Shown: piece by piece, positions 27,281-35,543 of the stretch
Layout of the letters: each line of letters begins with the position of its first letter
How positions within the stretch are numbered: the first letter of the stretch is position 1
Source: Blastocatellia bacterium
Lineage (GTDB): Bacteria; Acidobacteriota; Blastocatellia; UBA7656
Direction of reading: 5' to 3'
DNA length: 64,000 nt
NCBI GenBank assembly: GCA_035455165.1
Contig: DATIFP010000007.1
Coordinates: 9,631-73,630 of the forward strand
Made by a program: the position numbers and the translations under genes
Notes under the pieces: generated by a model
The model's input: the letters and a program-made list of their open reading frames with translations, nothing else
Database searches by the model: none
Told to the model about the DNA's origin: nothing

Positions 27281-29560
27281 CTAAGCGGCGCCCGCGTGCT
27301 GGCCCATGCCGCCCCGGTGATAGATCTCGCTTATCAATTCTCTCATCGCGCGGCCGTCGATCGGCTTGGACAACAAGTATCCCTGCACGTACTCACAGTT
27401 CAAACCGGTTAGCTTCAGGACCTGGTCTCGCGTCTCCACCCCTTCGGCAACCACGTCCATCCCGAGATTGCCGGCCAGCGTCAGGATCGTCTTAACGATC
27501 TCAGCATTCTTTGGCAGGTTGATCCTAGAAACAAAAGAACGGTCGATCTTCAGTGTGTCTATTGGAAACCTGTGCAAGTAGCTCAACGACGAGTATCCGG
27601 TCCCGAAATCGTCCAGCGACAATCTCACGCCAAGCGCTTTGATCCGCTTCAGCATCAGGGCCGCAACGTCGATGTTCTCGATGATCGCGCTCTCCGTGAT
27701 CTCGATCTTCAGGCTGCTAGCTTCCACGTCCGTCTCTTTGAGCGTCTGTGCGATGCGATCGATGAGGTCGGGCTGCGAGAACTGTTTGCCGGATAGATTC
27801 ACACTCATACTGAGAGGCGGGTCGGACGGAAACTGTACCTGCCACGCGCGAAGTTGCTCGCACGCTTCTCTGAGAACCCACTCGCTGATCGGGATGATCA
27901 ACCCGGTCTCTTCGGCAACCGGGATGAACTTCAACGGTGACACATAGCCGTGCTCGGGGTGCTCCCATCTGAGCAGCGCCTCGAAGCCGCTGATGCGCCA
28001 GTTCTCCAACGAGATTATCGGTTGATAGTGGACGCGAAACTCGTTGTGCGCGAGCGCGCGCCGGAGGCCCGTCTCCAATTGCGAGAGGGCCGCGTTGCGA
28101 GCGTGCATTCCCTTGTCGAACAACTCATAGGACCCGCGACCCATGTCCTTGGCTCGATACATGGCCGTGTCGGCGTTGCGAAGGATCTCTTCAGGCTCTT
28201 CGGACGCCGTCTGGTTGAGCGCGATCCCGATGCTTGCCGAGATAAACACTTCGTGCCCGCTCAGATTGAACGGAGTGGCGAGATGCTCGCGAATTCTCTC
28301 GGCCGCCTGCACCGCATCGTTCACCTGCCTGACCCGATCAAGGATGATTGCAAACTCATCGCCGCCCAGCCGCGCTACGATGTCACCAGGACGCAGACAC
28401 GACTCGAGCCTGCGCGCGGTCGCCACCAGCAACTGATCTCCGATCTGGTGACCCAGGCTGTCATTGACGACTTTGAAGCGGTCCAGGTCGAGGAACAGCA
28501 CTCCAAACGAATAGCCGTCACCGTGTTTCACCTGTCCCATCGCGCTCTTGAGCCTAGCCATGAACAAGCCCCGATTCGGCAGGCCTGTCAACGCATCGTG
28601 ATAAGCGCTATGCAACAGCGCCTTTTCAGCCTGCTTCTGGTCGGTGACGTCGGTAAGCGAGCCAGTCATCCGGTAGATGTACCGGTCCGAATCCATGACC
28701 GCCAGGCCGCGGCACAACATCCATCGGTAGGTCCCATCTTTCCTCCGCACACGGTGCTCGCTTTGAAACTGAGGCGTGATGCCGAGCAGATGGGACATAA
28801 TCTCTGCCTGCACACGTTCGATGTCTTGAGGATGGACACGCCTAAACCACTCGTCCGGCCGTTCCCTGAGTTCAGTCTCGGAGTATCCCAGCATAGCCTT
28901 CCACCGCGCGCAGAAGTGCATCTGGTTGGTTTCGAGATCCCACTCCCAAAGCCCGTCGGTTGCGCCTCTAAGGAGCATCGCGCAACGGCGTTCGCTTGCA
29001 GTGAGGGACTCGAATGCTCGTTCACGCTCGGCTCTGGCTTGCTCCAGTTCGAAGGTCTTGCGCTTAAGCTCGAGTCGAGCGATCACCGCTTGCCCCAATG
29101 AGCGGAGGGTTCGCGCTTGTGTTTCATTCAATTCTCGGGGCTTGTGATCGATGATCGAAAGCACTCCGAACGCAAAGCCTTCAGGCGCCCACAAAGGGAG
29201 ACCGGCGTAGAAGCAAACATCGGGAGTTTTGATCGACTCGTTCGCGACCGTTTGTTGATTCTCAGAATCGGTTGAAGTCACAGACAAGTCAGGTTCGTGA
29301 ATCGCGCGCGAGATCAGCGTGTTGGTGGCCGTATCGCCGACGGCTGAGCCCGTCAGCGAAATGTGCTGCAGCCGGCCGCCCTGTTGCAGGATGGTGAGAA
29401 GGGCTCCCGGAGCCGAGCACGACTCAGCAGCCAGACGAGTCAGGTCATCAATCACTGGATCGGGTTCGAGGAAATGGAGCGGGGCCCAGCCGGGTACCTG
29501 GGATGGCGATCCATCAGCGTTCAGTGACTTCGTCTCAGGTTGTAAAAGCTCAGTGCTCAA
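27281..29560 (-). CDS. GAF/PAS sensor diguanylate cyclase/phosphodiesterase (GGDEF-EAL)
   Basis: 'GGDEF' ('RLGGDEFAIIL') and 'EALLRW' EAL motifs with PAS and GAF regions. TTG start after a GGAGAGG RBS. Confidence 0.9.
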   Translation of the reverse strand: MSTELLQPETKSLNADGSPSQVPGWAPLHFLEPDPVIDDLTRLAAESCSAPGALLTILQQGGRLQHISLTGSAVGDTATNTLISRAIHEPDLSVTSTDSENQQTVANESIKTPDVCFYAGLPLWAPEGFAFGVLSIIDHKPRELNETQARTLRSLGQAVIARLELKRKTFELEQARAERERAFESLTASERRCAMLLRGATDGLWEWDLETNQMHFCARWKAMLGYSETELRERPDEWFRRVHPQDIERVQAEIMSHLLGITPQFQSEHRVRRKDGTYRWMLCRGLAVMDSDRYIYRMTGSLTDVTDQKQAEKALLHSAYHDALTGLPNRGLFMARLKSAMGQVKHGDGYSFGVLFLDLDRFKVVNDSLGHQIGDQLLVATARRLESCLRPGDIVARLGGDEFAIILDRVRQVNDAVQAAERIREHLATPFNLSGHEVFISASIGIALNQTASEEPEEILRNADTAMYRAKDMGRGSYELFDKGMHARNAALSQLETGLRRALAHNEFRVHYQPIISLENWRISGFEALLRWEHPEHGYVSPLKFIPVAEETGLIIPISEWVLREACEQLRAWQVQFPSDPPLSMSVNLSGKQFSQPDLIDRIAQTLKETDVEASSLKIEITESAIIENIDVAALMLKRIKALGVRLSLDDFGTGYSSLSYLHRFPIDTLKIDRSFVSRINLPKNAEIVKTILTLAGNLGMDVVAEGVETRDQVLKLTGLNCEYVQGYLLSKPIDGRAMRELISEIYHRGGMGQHAGAA

Positions 29561-29827
29561 AACCCTCTCCGAGATCTAGACAGAAGTGCGGGCGCATTGA
29601 TCCTTTTCCCACAGGAACAATGGCAAGAACGATGCCAGTTCGAGCAACCAGAAGTTTGGGCTAAATGCGGCTAAATCAGTCTATTGTGAATCTGGCAGAG
29701 CAGCGTGTCGCGGTTGGAATGACTGACTGAAGTGAACGGAGCTTTCAATATGAATGATTGGCGCTAAGGGCGTGCGCCCAACGCGTTCGAATTGATACGG
29801 ATTGGGATCACGTTCGCGGCGGACTTG

Positions 29828-31579
29828 TCAGGACGTCACTCCTTCGAGCTTGTCTTCGAGGCTGGCGGCGATCTCCTTCAACCGCTCGAGCACCGTGTGC
29901 TCCGCTGACCAGAACCCCCGTCCGGAAGCTTCGAGCAATCGCTCAACAAGCGTTCGGGCGGAGTGCGGATTGAGTGAGCGCAAGCGGTCCAGCATCTGCC
30001 CGTCAAGCACATAAGTCGCCGCCACTTCGTCGTACACCCAATCGTCAACCGCGTCAGCAGTCGCCGACCAGCCAAACGTGTTGGTGATATGATGCTCGAT
30101 CTCGGCCACTCCGCTGAAGCCGTGCCGCAGCATCCCTTCAAACCACTTTGGATTGAGCGTCTTGGTTCGAGTCTCGAGCCGAACAGTTTCTTCAAGTGTC
30201 CTGATCTTTGAGCCCGGCGAGGTCGAGTCCGACAGATAGATGCTGGGACGTCCGCCTCCCAGTTTTTCAACTGCCTTCGAAACCCCGCCCAGATACTCGA
30301 AATAATGATCGACGTCGGTTATCCCAACCTCGGTAGTGTCGATGTTCTGGTAAGTCACATCGACTCGCGAAAGCGCTCGCTCTAACAGCTTACGCGCCTC
30401 GCGGCCGTCGAAGCTGTTGCCGTGAGAGTCGCGGCCGTAGGCGAAACACTTTCGCGTTACGAACAACTCCCCCAGCTCGCCGCTGTTCTCCCACTGGCTA
30501 TCCAGCACCATGAAATTGACATTCGTTCCATAGTTGCCGGCAGCATTCGAGAACAAGCGGACTACCGCTTCGTCGAATTCACAATTTGTATCGTTGATTT
30601 GCTCCTCGACGTGACGCTTGAGGAAATTCATGTCGGCCGGCTCGTCGAGCGCAGCAACCCTTCTAACGGCTTTGTCGAGCAATGTCATCGTGGCCCCGAA
30701 CAGATCGCGGAAGATACCAGACACGGTCATCACCACGTCGATGCGCGGCCGTCCGAGCTCTTCGAGCGGGATCACCTCAATATCCGTCGCCCGATTCATT
30801 GAATCGCGACGCGGCCTTACGCCAAGAAGCCACAATACCTGGGCAACTGCCGCCCCTTCGGTTTTGATGTTGTCGATTCCCCACAGCACCATAGCGATAG
30901 TCTCGGGGTACCGTCCGGCTTCGCGGAGATGTCGCTCGACGAGAGCACCAGCGATTGGTTCGGCGCGCTGGACCGCGGTAATCGAAGGGATGGAGTACGG
31001 ATTAACCGCGTGTGTGTTGCGCCCGGTCGGAAGGATATCGGGATTTTGAACGACGTCCGCGCCGGGACCTGGTTCGACGTATTCGCCTCGAAGCGCGCTC
31101 ATCAACCCGTCCATCTCAGTGTCGGTTTCAAGCTGTCGGCAGATTTTCTCGAGAAGTCCAAACACCCTGAGCGATTCATCCCGAGAAACTGCGGCCCGCT
31201 CAGCCAGAAAGTCTGCCGCGCGTTCCCTTCCAGACTGGCCCTTATCCCCCACAAACAGCTCGACCCCCGCCCGAACAATTGCTTCAACGCGTTCTCGTTC
31301 GCGCAAACTCTGCTCAGATTGTGCGCTTGCTTTGAGCAAAGCGGCGTAATCGGAAAGACCGAGCCCGTCGGTGACCAGATTCGGGAGCGACCGAATGCCA
31401 AGCTCCGGTCTGTCAAACGAAGCGACCATCACCAACAAGTCGGCGAGCTCAGCATCTTTCGGCGCGCGTCCAAATATGTGCAGACCCGTGGGTATAAGTC
31501 GCTGCTCAATCTCCAGCACCTTTTCATAGAGGTCGAGCACGCGCCGCTCGCGTTCCAGGTTGTTCAGGTCATCGCTCAT
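29828..31579 (-). CDS. CobN/ChlH-type chelatase large-subunit homolog, C-terminal half only (583 aa)
   Basis: 'DILPTGRNTHAVNP' and the following region match the C-terminal half of CobN/Mg-chelatase H. No N-terminal half exists between this gene and the ChlD gene stop, which lies 12 nt upstream. Confidence 0.7.
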   Translation of the reverse strand: MSDDLNNLERERRVLDLYEKVLEIEQRLIPTGLHIFGRAPKDAELADLLVMVASFDRPELGIRSLPNLVTDGLGLSDYAALLKASAQSEQSLRERERVEAIVRAGVELFVGDKGQSGRERAADFLAERAAVSRDESLRVFGLLEKICRQLETDTEMDGLMSALRGEYVEPGPGADVVQNPDILPTGRNTHAVNPYSIPSITAVQRAEPIAGALVERHLREAGRYPETIAMVLWGIDNIKTEGAAVAQVLWLLGVRPRRDSMNRATDIEVIPLEELGRPRIDVVMTVSGIFRDLFGATMTLLDKAVRRVAALDEPADMNFLKRHVEEQINDTNCEFDEAVVRLFSNAAGNYGTNVNFMVLDSQWENSGELGELFVTRKCFAYGRDSHGNSFDGREARKLLERALSRVDVTYQNIDTTEVGITDVDHYFEYLGGVSKAVEKLGGGRPSIYLSDSTSPGSKIRTLEETVRLETRTKTLNPKWFEGMLRHGFSGVAEIEHHITNTFGWSATADAVDDWVYDEVAATYVLDGQMLDRLRSLNPHSARTLVERLLEASGRGFWSAEHTVLERLKEIAASLEDKLEGVTS

Positions 31580-31591
31580 TTCAAAAACCGC

Positions 31592-33550
31592 TTAACGGCG
31601 GCGCTCCTCCGCAACCGCAAAGATTGTTCTTTGGACCGCAGCCGGGTCGAACCGCGGCAAGTACAGATAGCGCGACCCCAGCATTTGCGCCAGCGCGCGT
31701 CCTTCTCCAGAGGAGACGAACCGCGATTTCGTATCAACCACAACAGACGCGATCTCTTCGGAGTGAAGCAAGCGGCCCAGTTGCCTTAGCTCGTCCTCTA
31801 TTACTGCCGCGCTTCGGTTCGTCGGTCCTTCGGTTAGACCGATGTTGGCCCTGCCATCGGTAAACAGCACAAGCATAGCCTGCGACAACCCTCTGAGCCT
31901 CGCCATTCGAGCCAGCTCGGTGGCTTTCAGGACCCCGGCAGAGATTGGAGTTCCTCCGCCCGCCGGCAGCGCATCCACAATACGCTTGGCCAGCTCGACG
32001 CTTCGAGTCGGGGCCAGCAACACCTCCGCCTGTTCGCCGCGAAAGCTTATCAACGCAACCTTGTCGCGATAGAGATAGGCTCGGCCGAGCAGTCGCGTGA
32101 GGGCGCCTTTTGCCTGTGCCATCCTGTTTACAGCCATACTGCCACTTGCATCCACTGCGAGGATGAACAGCATTCCGGATCGATGGTTCAGTTGTTTAAA
32201 CCTGAGATCGCCTGGTTCCACTCTCACTCGGCGATCAGAAGTCGTCTTCTGAAAACTCTCGGCAACCTGAGCTCGCGAGCGCCGCAGCGATTGACTAGGC
32301 GCTGCCGCTCGGAGCGTGGCGTCGACCGCGATCCTGGCACTGCGATTCCGGTGCATCACGCTGCGTACATACCGACCACGGTTATGCGAAGTCGCCCCGA
32401 GATGCTTACCCGTCCTTGCGCGCCGAAGTGACGCCTTCCACTTCAGCAAATCGTTTGGGATCGGAGCATCGATCGCTTGAATGTTCATGTCTTCGATTGA
32501 ACCGGGCGCGAAATCCCGTTCGTCGATTCGTTGCTCAATGTAGTCGTTCTCTTCCGAGTCCCCTGCTTGCGAAGGCTGCTGACGAGGTTGTTCGTGCTCC
32601 TCGGCGGGAAGCGTAGATGCTCGTGGCGCCAGCACGAACTGTATTGCGACAACTATGTCGTCTTGGTTGATGGCGGTTCGCCCCGACAGCGCCGCGTTTG
32701 CGCGAGCGGTCTTTAGCACAGCCAGGTCCGCGCTGTTTCCCTGCACGCCAAGTTTCATGGCGATCTGCGAAATCGCTCGAACCTGTTCTCTCGAGAAGTC
32801 GATCTGTGGCAGTCTCGCTCGCGCGTCCTGGATCAGACTCCTCAATTCGGCCGTTTCGAGCATAAAACCTTCAGTAAAGCCTGCCGGATCCTTTTCAAAG
32901 CGCAGTCGGCGCGACACGGCCTCTGCTCTTTCATCAGCCGTATATTGCTCAGTCTCATTTACGATTAAGTCAACGCGCTCGATCAGCAAAGAACGCGGCT
33001 CGCCCCCTGCCGGATCGAAGCATGCGAGCAAGGTGAAATTGGCTGAATGGATCGCGCTGACTCCCTCGCGTTCAAGAACCACGTGTCGACGGTCAACCGC
33101 GTGAGCTATGTGATTAGCAGTGCCTGAGTCCAGCAGGTTGATATCACCAACCAACAGCACGCCGCCATCGGCCTCAGCAAGCAAACCGCCGAGAACTTCG
33201 CGCCTTCCGGTAGAAACCGTCCGCTCGAGGTCAATCGCGCCCAGCAGACGATCGTCACTGACATTCAAGGGAACCTCAACCACTGGCATGTCGCGACCGA
33301 GATCCGATTCATTTGACTGCGGTCCATCGATGTGGCGATTTGGAAGGATTGCCGTGAAGGAGCGAAAAAGAGTTTGCGCATCGGAGCTTCGCTCCGATGC
33401 GATCAGCGCACCTTTGAGACCCGGCTCGACCGCAAGCAGCAACAGCGCGCGCTTGGCCGCGTGACGCCCCACGATTGCGGCGAACGGGTACGTGAATCGG
33501 CGGAGCTTGTGCCGAGCTGCGCTCTTCGTTTCGGTCCGTGCGTTCATCAA
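31592..33550 (-). CDS. Chelatase subunit D (ChlD/BchD family: degenerate AAA+ plus C-terminal VWA)
   Basis: N-terminal 'YPFAAIVG' AAA+-like region. C-terminal VWA ('LFILAVDASGSM' MIDAS-type). Confidence 0.85.
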   Translation of the reverse strand: MMNARTETKSAARHKLRRFTYPFAAIVGRHAAKRALLLLAVEPGLKGALIASERSSDAQTLFRSFTAILPNRHIDGPQSNESDLGRDMPVVEVPLNVSDDRLLGAIDLERTVSTGRREVLGGLLAEADGGVLLVGDINLLDSGTANHIAHAVDRRHVVLEREGVSAIHSANFTLLACFDPAGGEPRSLLIERVDLIVNETEQYTADERAEAVSRRLRFEKDPAGFTEGFMLETAELRSLIQDARARLPQIDFSREQVRAISQIAMKLGVQGNSADLAVLKTARANAALSGRTAINQDDIVVAIQFVLAPRASTLPAEEHEQPRQQPSQAGDSEENDYIEQRIDERDFAPGSIEDMNIQAIDAPIPNDLLKWKASLRRARTGKHLGATSHNRGRYVRSVMHRNRSARIAVDATLRAAAPSQSLRRSRAQVAESFQKTTSDRRVRVEPGDLRFKQLNHRSGMLFILAVDASGSMAVNRMAQAKGALTRLLGRAYLYRDKVALISFRGEQAEVLLAPTRSVELAKRIVDALPAGGGTPISAGVLKATELARMARLRGLSQAMLVLFTDGRANIGLTEGPTNRSAAVIEDELRQLGRLLHSEEIASVVVDTKSRFVSSGEGRALAQMLGSRYLYLPRFDPAAVQRTIFAVAEERRR

Positions 33551-33574
33551 CGGAAGGAACTCGACATCAGACGG

Positions 33575-34699
33575 TCATCTGACCGCCGACAGTCGCCTCC
33601 GGGCAATACGATTAGAGATCACCTCAGCGAGCGCAAGCTCGATGCGCTCACCGCAGTCGACCGCTTCAAACGGGTCTCTGCGCAGCCGATGTCGAAGCGA
33701 CATCACCGCCACTCTTGCGGCGTCGTCGAAGTTCGTCTTCGTCCGGCCTTCAAACGCGGCAAGCGCGCGAGCCGCTCGCGCAATAGTGAGCTCTCCGCGA
33801 TGCCCGTCCACCTTCAAGGAAACACAGAGTTCAGCAATTGCGACCAGCAGGCCGCGGTCTATGGAGCCTCGCGCTAGTAGCTTCCTAGCTCGCGAGACTC
33901 GTCTTCGGAGCTGCGTCTGCTCGCCTTCCCAGCGAGCCCGAAAACCATCGGGGTCATCATCGAAGCACTCGCACCGCTCGACGATCTCGACGCGTTGATC
34001 GAGATCAACGATTGTTTCGACCTGAGCGTAGATTCCGAAGCGGTCGAGCAGTTGAGGCCTCAACTCGCCCTCCTCGGGATTGCCGGAGCCGACCAGAACG
34101 AACCGGGCCGGATGGCTGACGGAGATCCCCTCGCGCTCGACGACGTTGCGCCCCGATGCCGCCGCGTCTAGCAACACGTCAACCAGGTGATCTTCGAGGA
34201 GATTAACCTCGTCGATATAGAGGAAGCCGCGGTTCGCGCGCGCGAGCAAGCCCGGCTCGAAGGCCTTCACCCCATCGACGAGCGCGCGCTCGATGTCCAG
34301 TGTGCCGCAGATTCGATCCTCGGTCGCTCCGAGCGGTAGATCCACGACCGGCACGGTGCCCCGATCAGTCGGGAGATCGGCGATGTGCCTCGAACAGTCC
34401 TCGCAAAAGTCTTCCGGCTTATCGGGATCACACCCATAGATGCAACCCCTGACTTTCCGTATTCCAGGCAACAGATCAGCCAACGCGCGGACGGCAGTAG
34501 ACTTGCCGGTGCCGCGATGGCCCATGATGATCACTCCACCGATGTTGGGATCGATAACCGACAGCAACAGGGCGAGCTTCATCTCCTGCTGGCCGACAAT
34601 TGCGGTGAACGGATAAGAGCTTCGAAGATGCCGGGTGCCCGCTGCTTTCTTTCGCTCAAAGGAATCGCGGCTTGTCCGTCTTGTTTTTTTACTGGGCAT
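33575..34699 (-). CDS. Chelatase ATPase subunit I (ChlI/BchI family)
   Basis: 'YPFTAIVGQQEMKLALLLSVIDPNIGGVIIMGHRGTGKST' is a near-canonical ChlI N-terminus. Cys-rich insert 'CIYGCDPDKPEDFCEDC'. ATG at 34699. Confidence 0.85.
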   Translation of the reverse strand: MPSKKTRRTSRDSFERKKAAGTRHLRSSYPFTAIVGQQEMKLALLLSVIDPNIGGVIIMGHRGTGKSTAVRALADLLPGIRKVRGCIYGCDPDKPEDFCEDCSRHIADLPTDRGTVPVVDLPLGATEDRICGTLDIERALVDGVKAFEPGLLARANRGFLYIDEVNLLEDHLVDVLLDAAASGRNVVEREGISVSHPARFVLVGSGNPEEGELRPQLLDRFGIYAQVETIVDLDQRVEIVERCECFDDDPDGFRARWEGEQTQLRRRVSRARKLLARGSIDRGLLVAIAELCVSLKVDGHRGELTIARAARALAAFEGRTKTNFDDAARVAVMSLRHRLRRDPFEAVDCGERIELALAEVISNRIARRRLSAVR

Positions 34700-34939
34700 G
34701 TCGAGGTTATGGATCGCGGCGGCCGGAACGAGTCTCGACCCTGTGCACCAATATAGAAGGTGAGTCTTACATCGGTCAACCAAGCACTCAATTCGCGCAT
34801 CGAAGGGCCTGGTCACACCTCTCGCAACGGCGCTCTGGCATCAACAGGAAGTGCGTGGACCTCATGATAGTGGTCCGGATGTGTTAGACTTTCTTGGCTG
34901 GGTTGAGAGAACCTGATCAAAGGAGCGGTTGGAGGCACT

Positions 34940-35446
34940 ATGAAGTACGCAGGTCTTTTGCTTACAACTTTCGCCCTGATGTTTGGCGCCGCTGCTGCGT
35001 CCCGGCAAACCCAGGAGTACACGGATCCTGCCAAGCATTACAAGCTAACTCTCTCCGGAGACTGGCGGGCAGTTTCTTACAACGACGCGGTCGGGCGTCC
35101 GAAGACCGAGTTCGTCTATAGAGACCGCAGCGAAGGTTTGCTCAAGATAACAAGAGAGCCTCTTACCGGGTCCCTCGCCGATGCGGTGCGCCAGGAAGAA
35201 GAGACCCTCAAGATTTATCGCGGCGGGTTCGAGGGATTGTCGAGTGAGCCGTTTGGAGGCGGCCAGCTTACCGGGATACGGTTGTCGTTCTACAGCACAG
35301 AGGGTGGCCGCAAGATGGCCAACACATTCTATTACCTTCAAGACAAGAACGCGATGTGGGCGCTTCGATTCACGGGCAAACGAGGAGCGCTGGATACAAC
35401 TCGAAACATCACCGATCAGATCGCTCGCAGCTTCCGCTCGCTTTAG
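34940..35446 (+). CDS. Hypothetical secreted protein
   Basis: RBS AAAGGAG. Signal peptide. No family. Confidence 0.5.
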   Translation: MKYAGLLLTTFALMFGAAAASRQTQEYTDPAKHYKLTLSGDWRAVSYNDAVGRPKTEFVYRDRSEGLLKITREPLTGSLADAVRQEEETLKIYRGGFEGLSSEPFGGGQLTGIRLSFYSTEGGRKMANTFYYLQDKNAMWALRFTGKRGALDTTRNITDQIARSFRSL

Positions 35447-35543
35447 CGATTAAGCGGGCGCACGGCAACCTTCCTAGCGGACTGAGGCTCGTGCCTCTGG
35501 GCTTGAAACGACCACCTACACTCCTCTCGCGCAAGGTGACGCC

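Noticed and set aside
27950-29101. 383-aa +strand ORF
   Set aside because: Shadow of the GGDEF-EAL gene on the opposite strand. No domain signatures.
29828-34699. Interpreting ChlI/ChlD/ChlH-like genes as a photosynthesis (bacteriochlorophyll) locus
   Set aside because: No other bch/chl genes are nearby and the large subunit is half-length. A cobalt-chelatase-like or relic role is more parsimonious.
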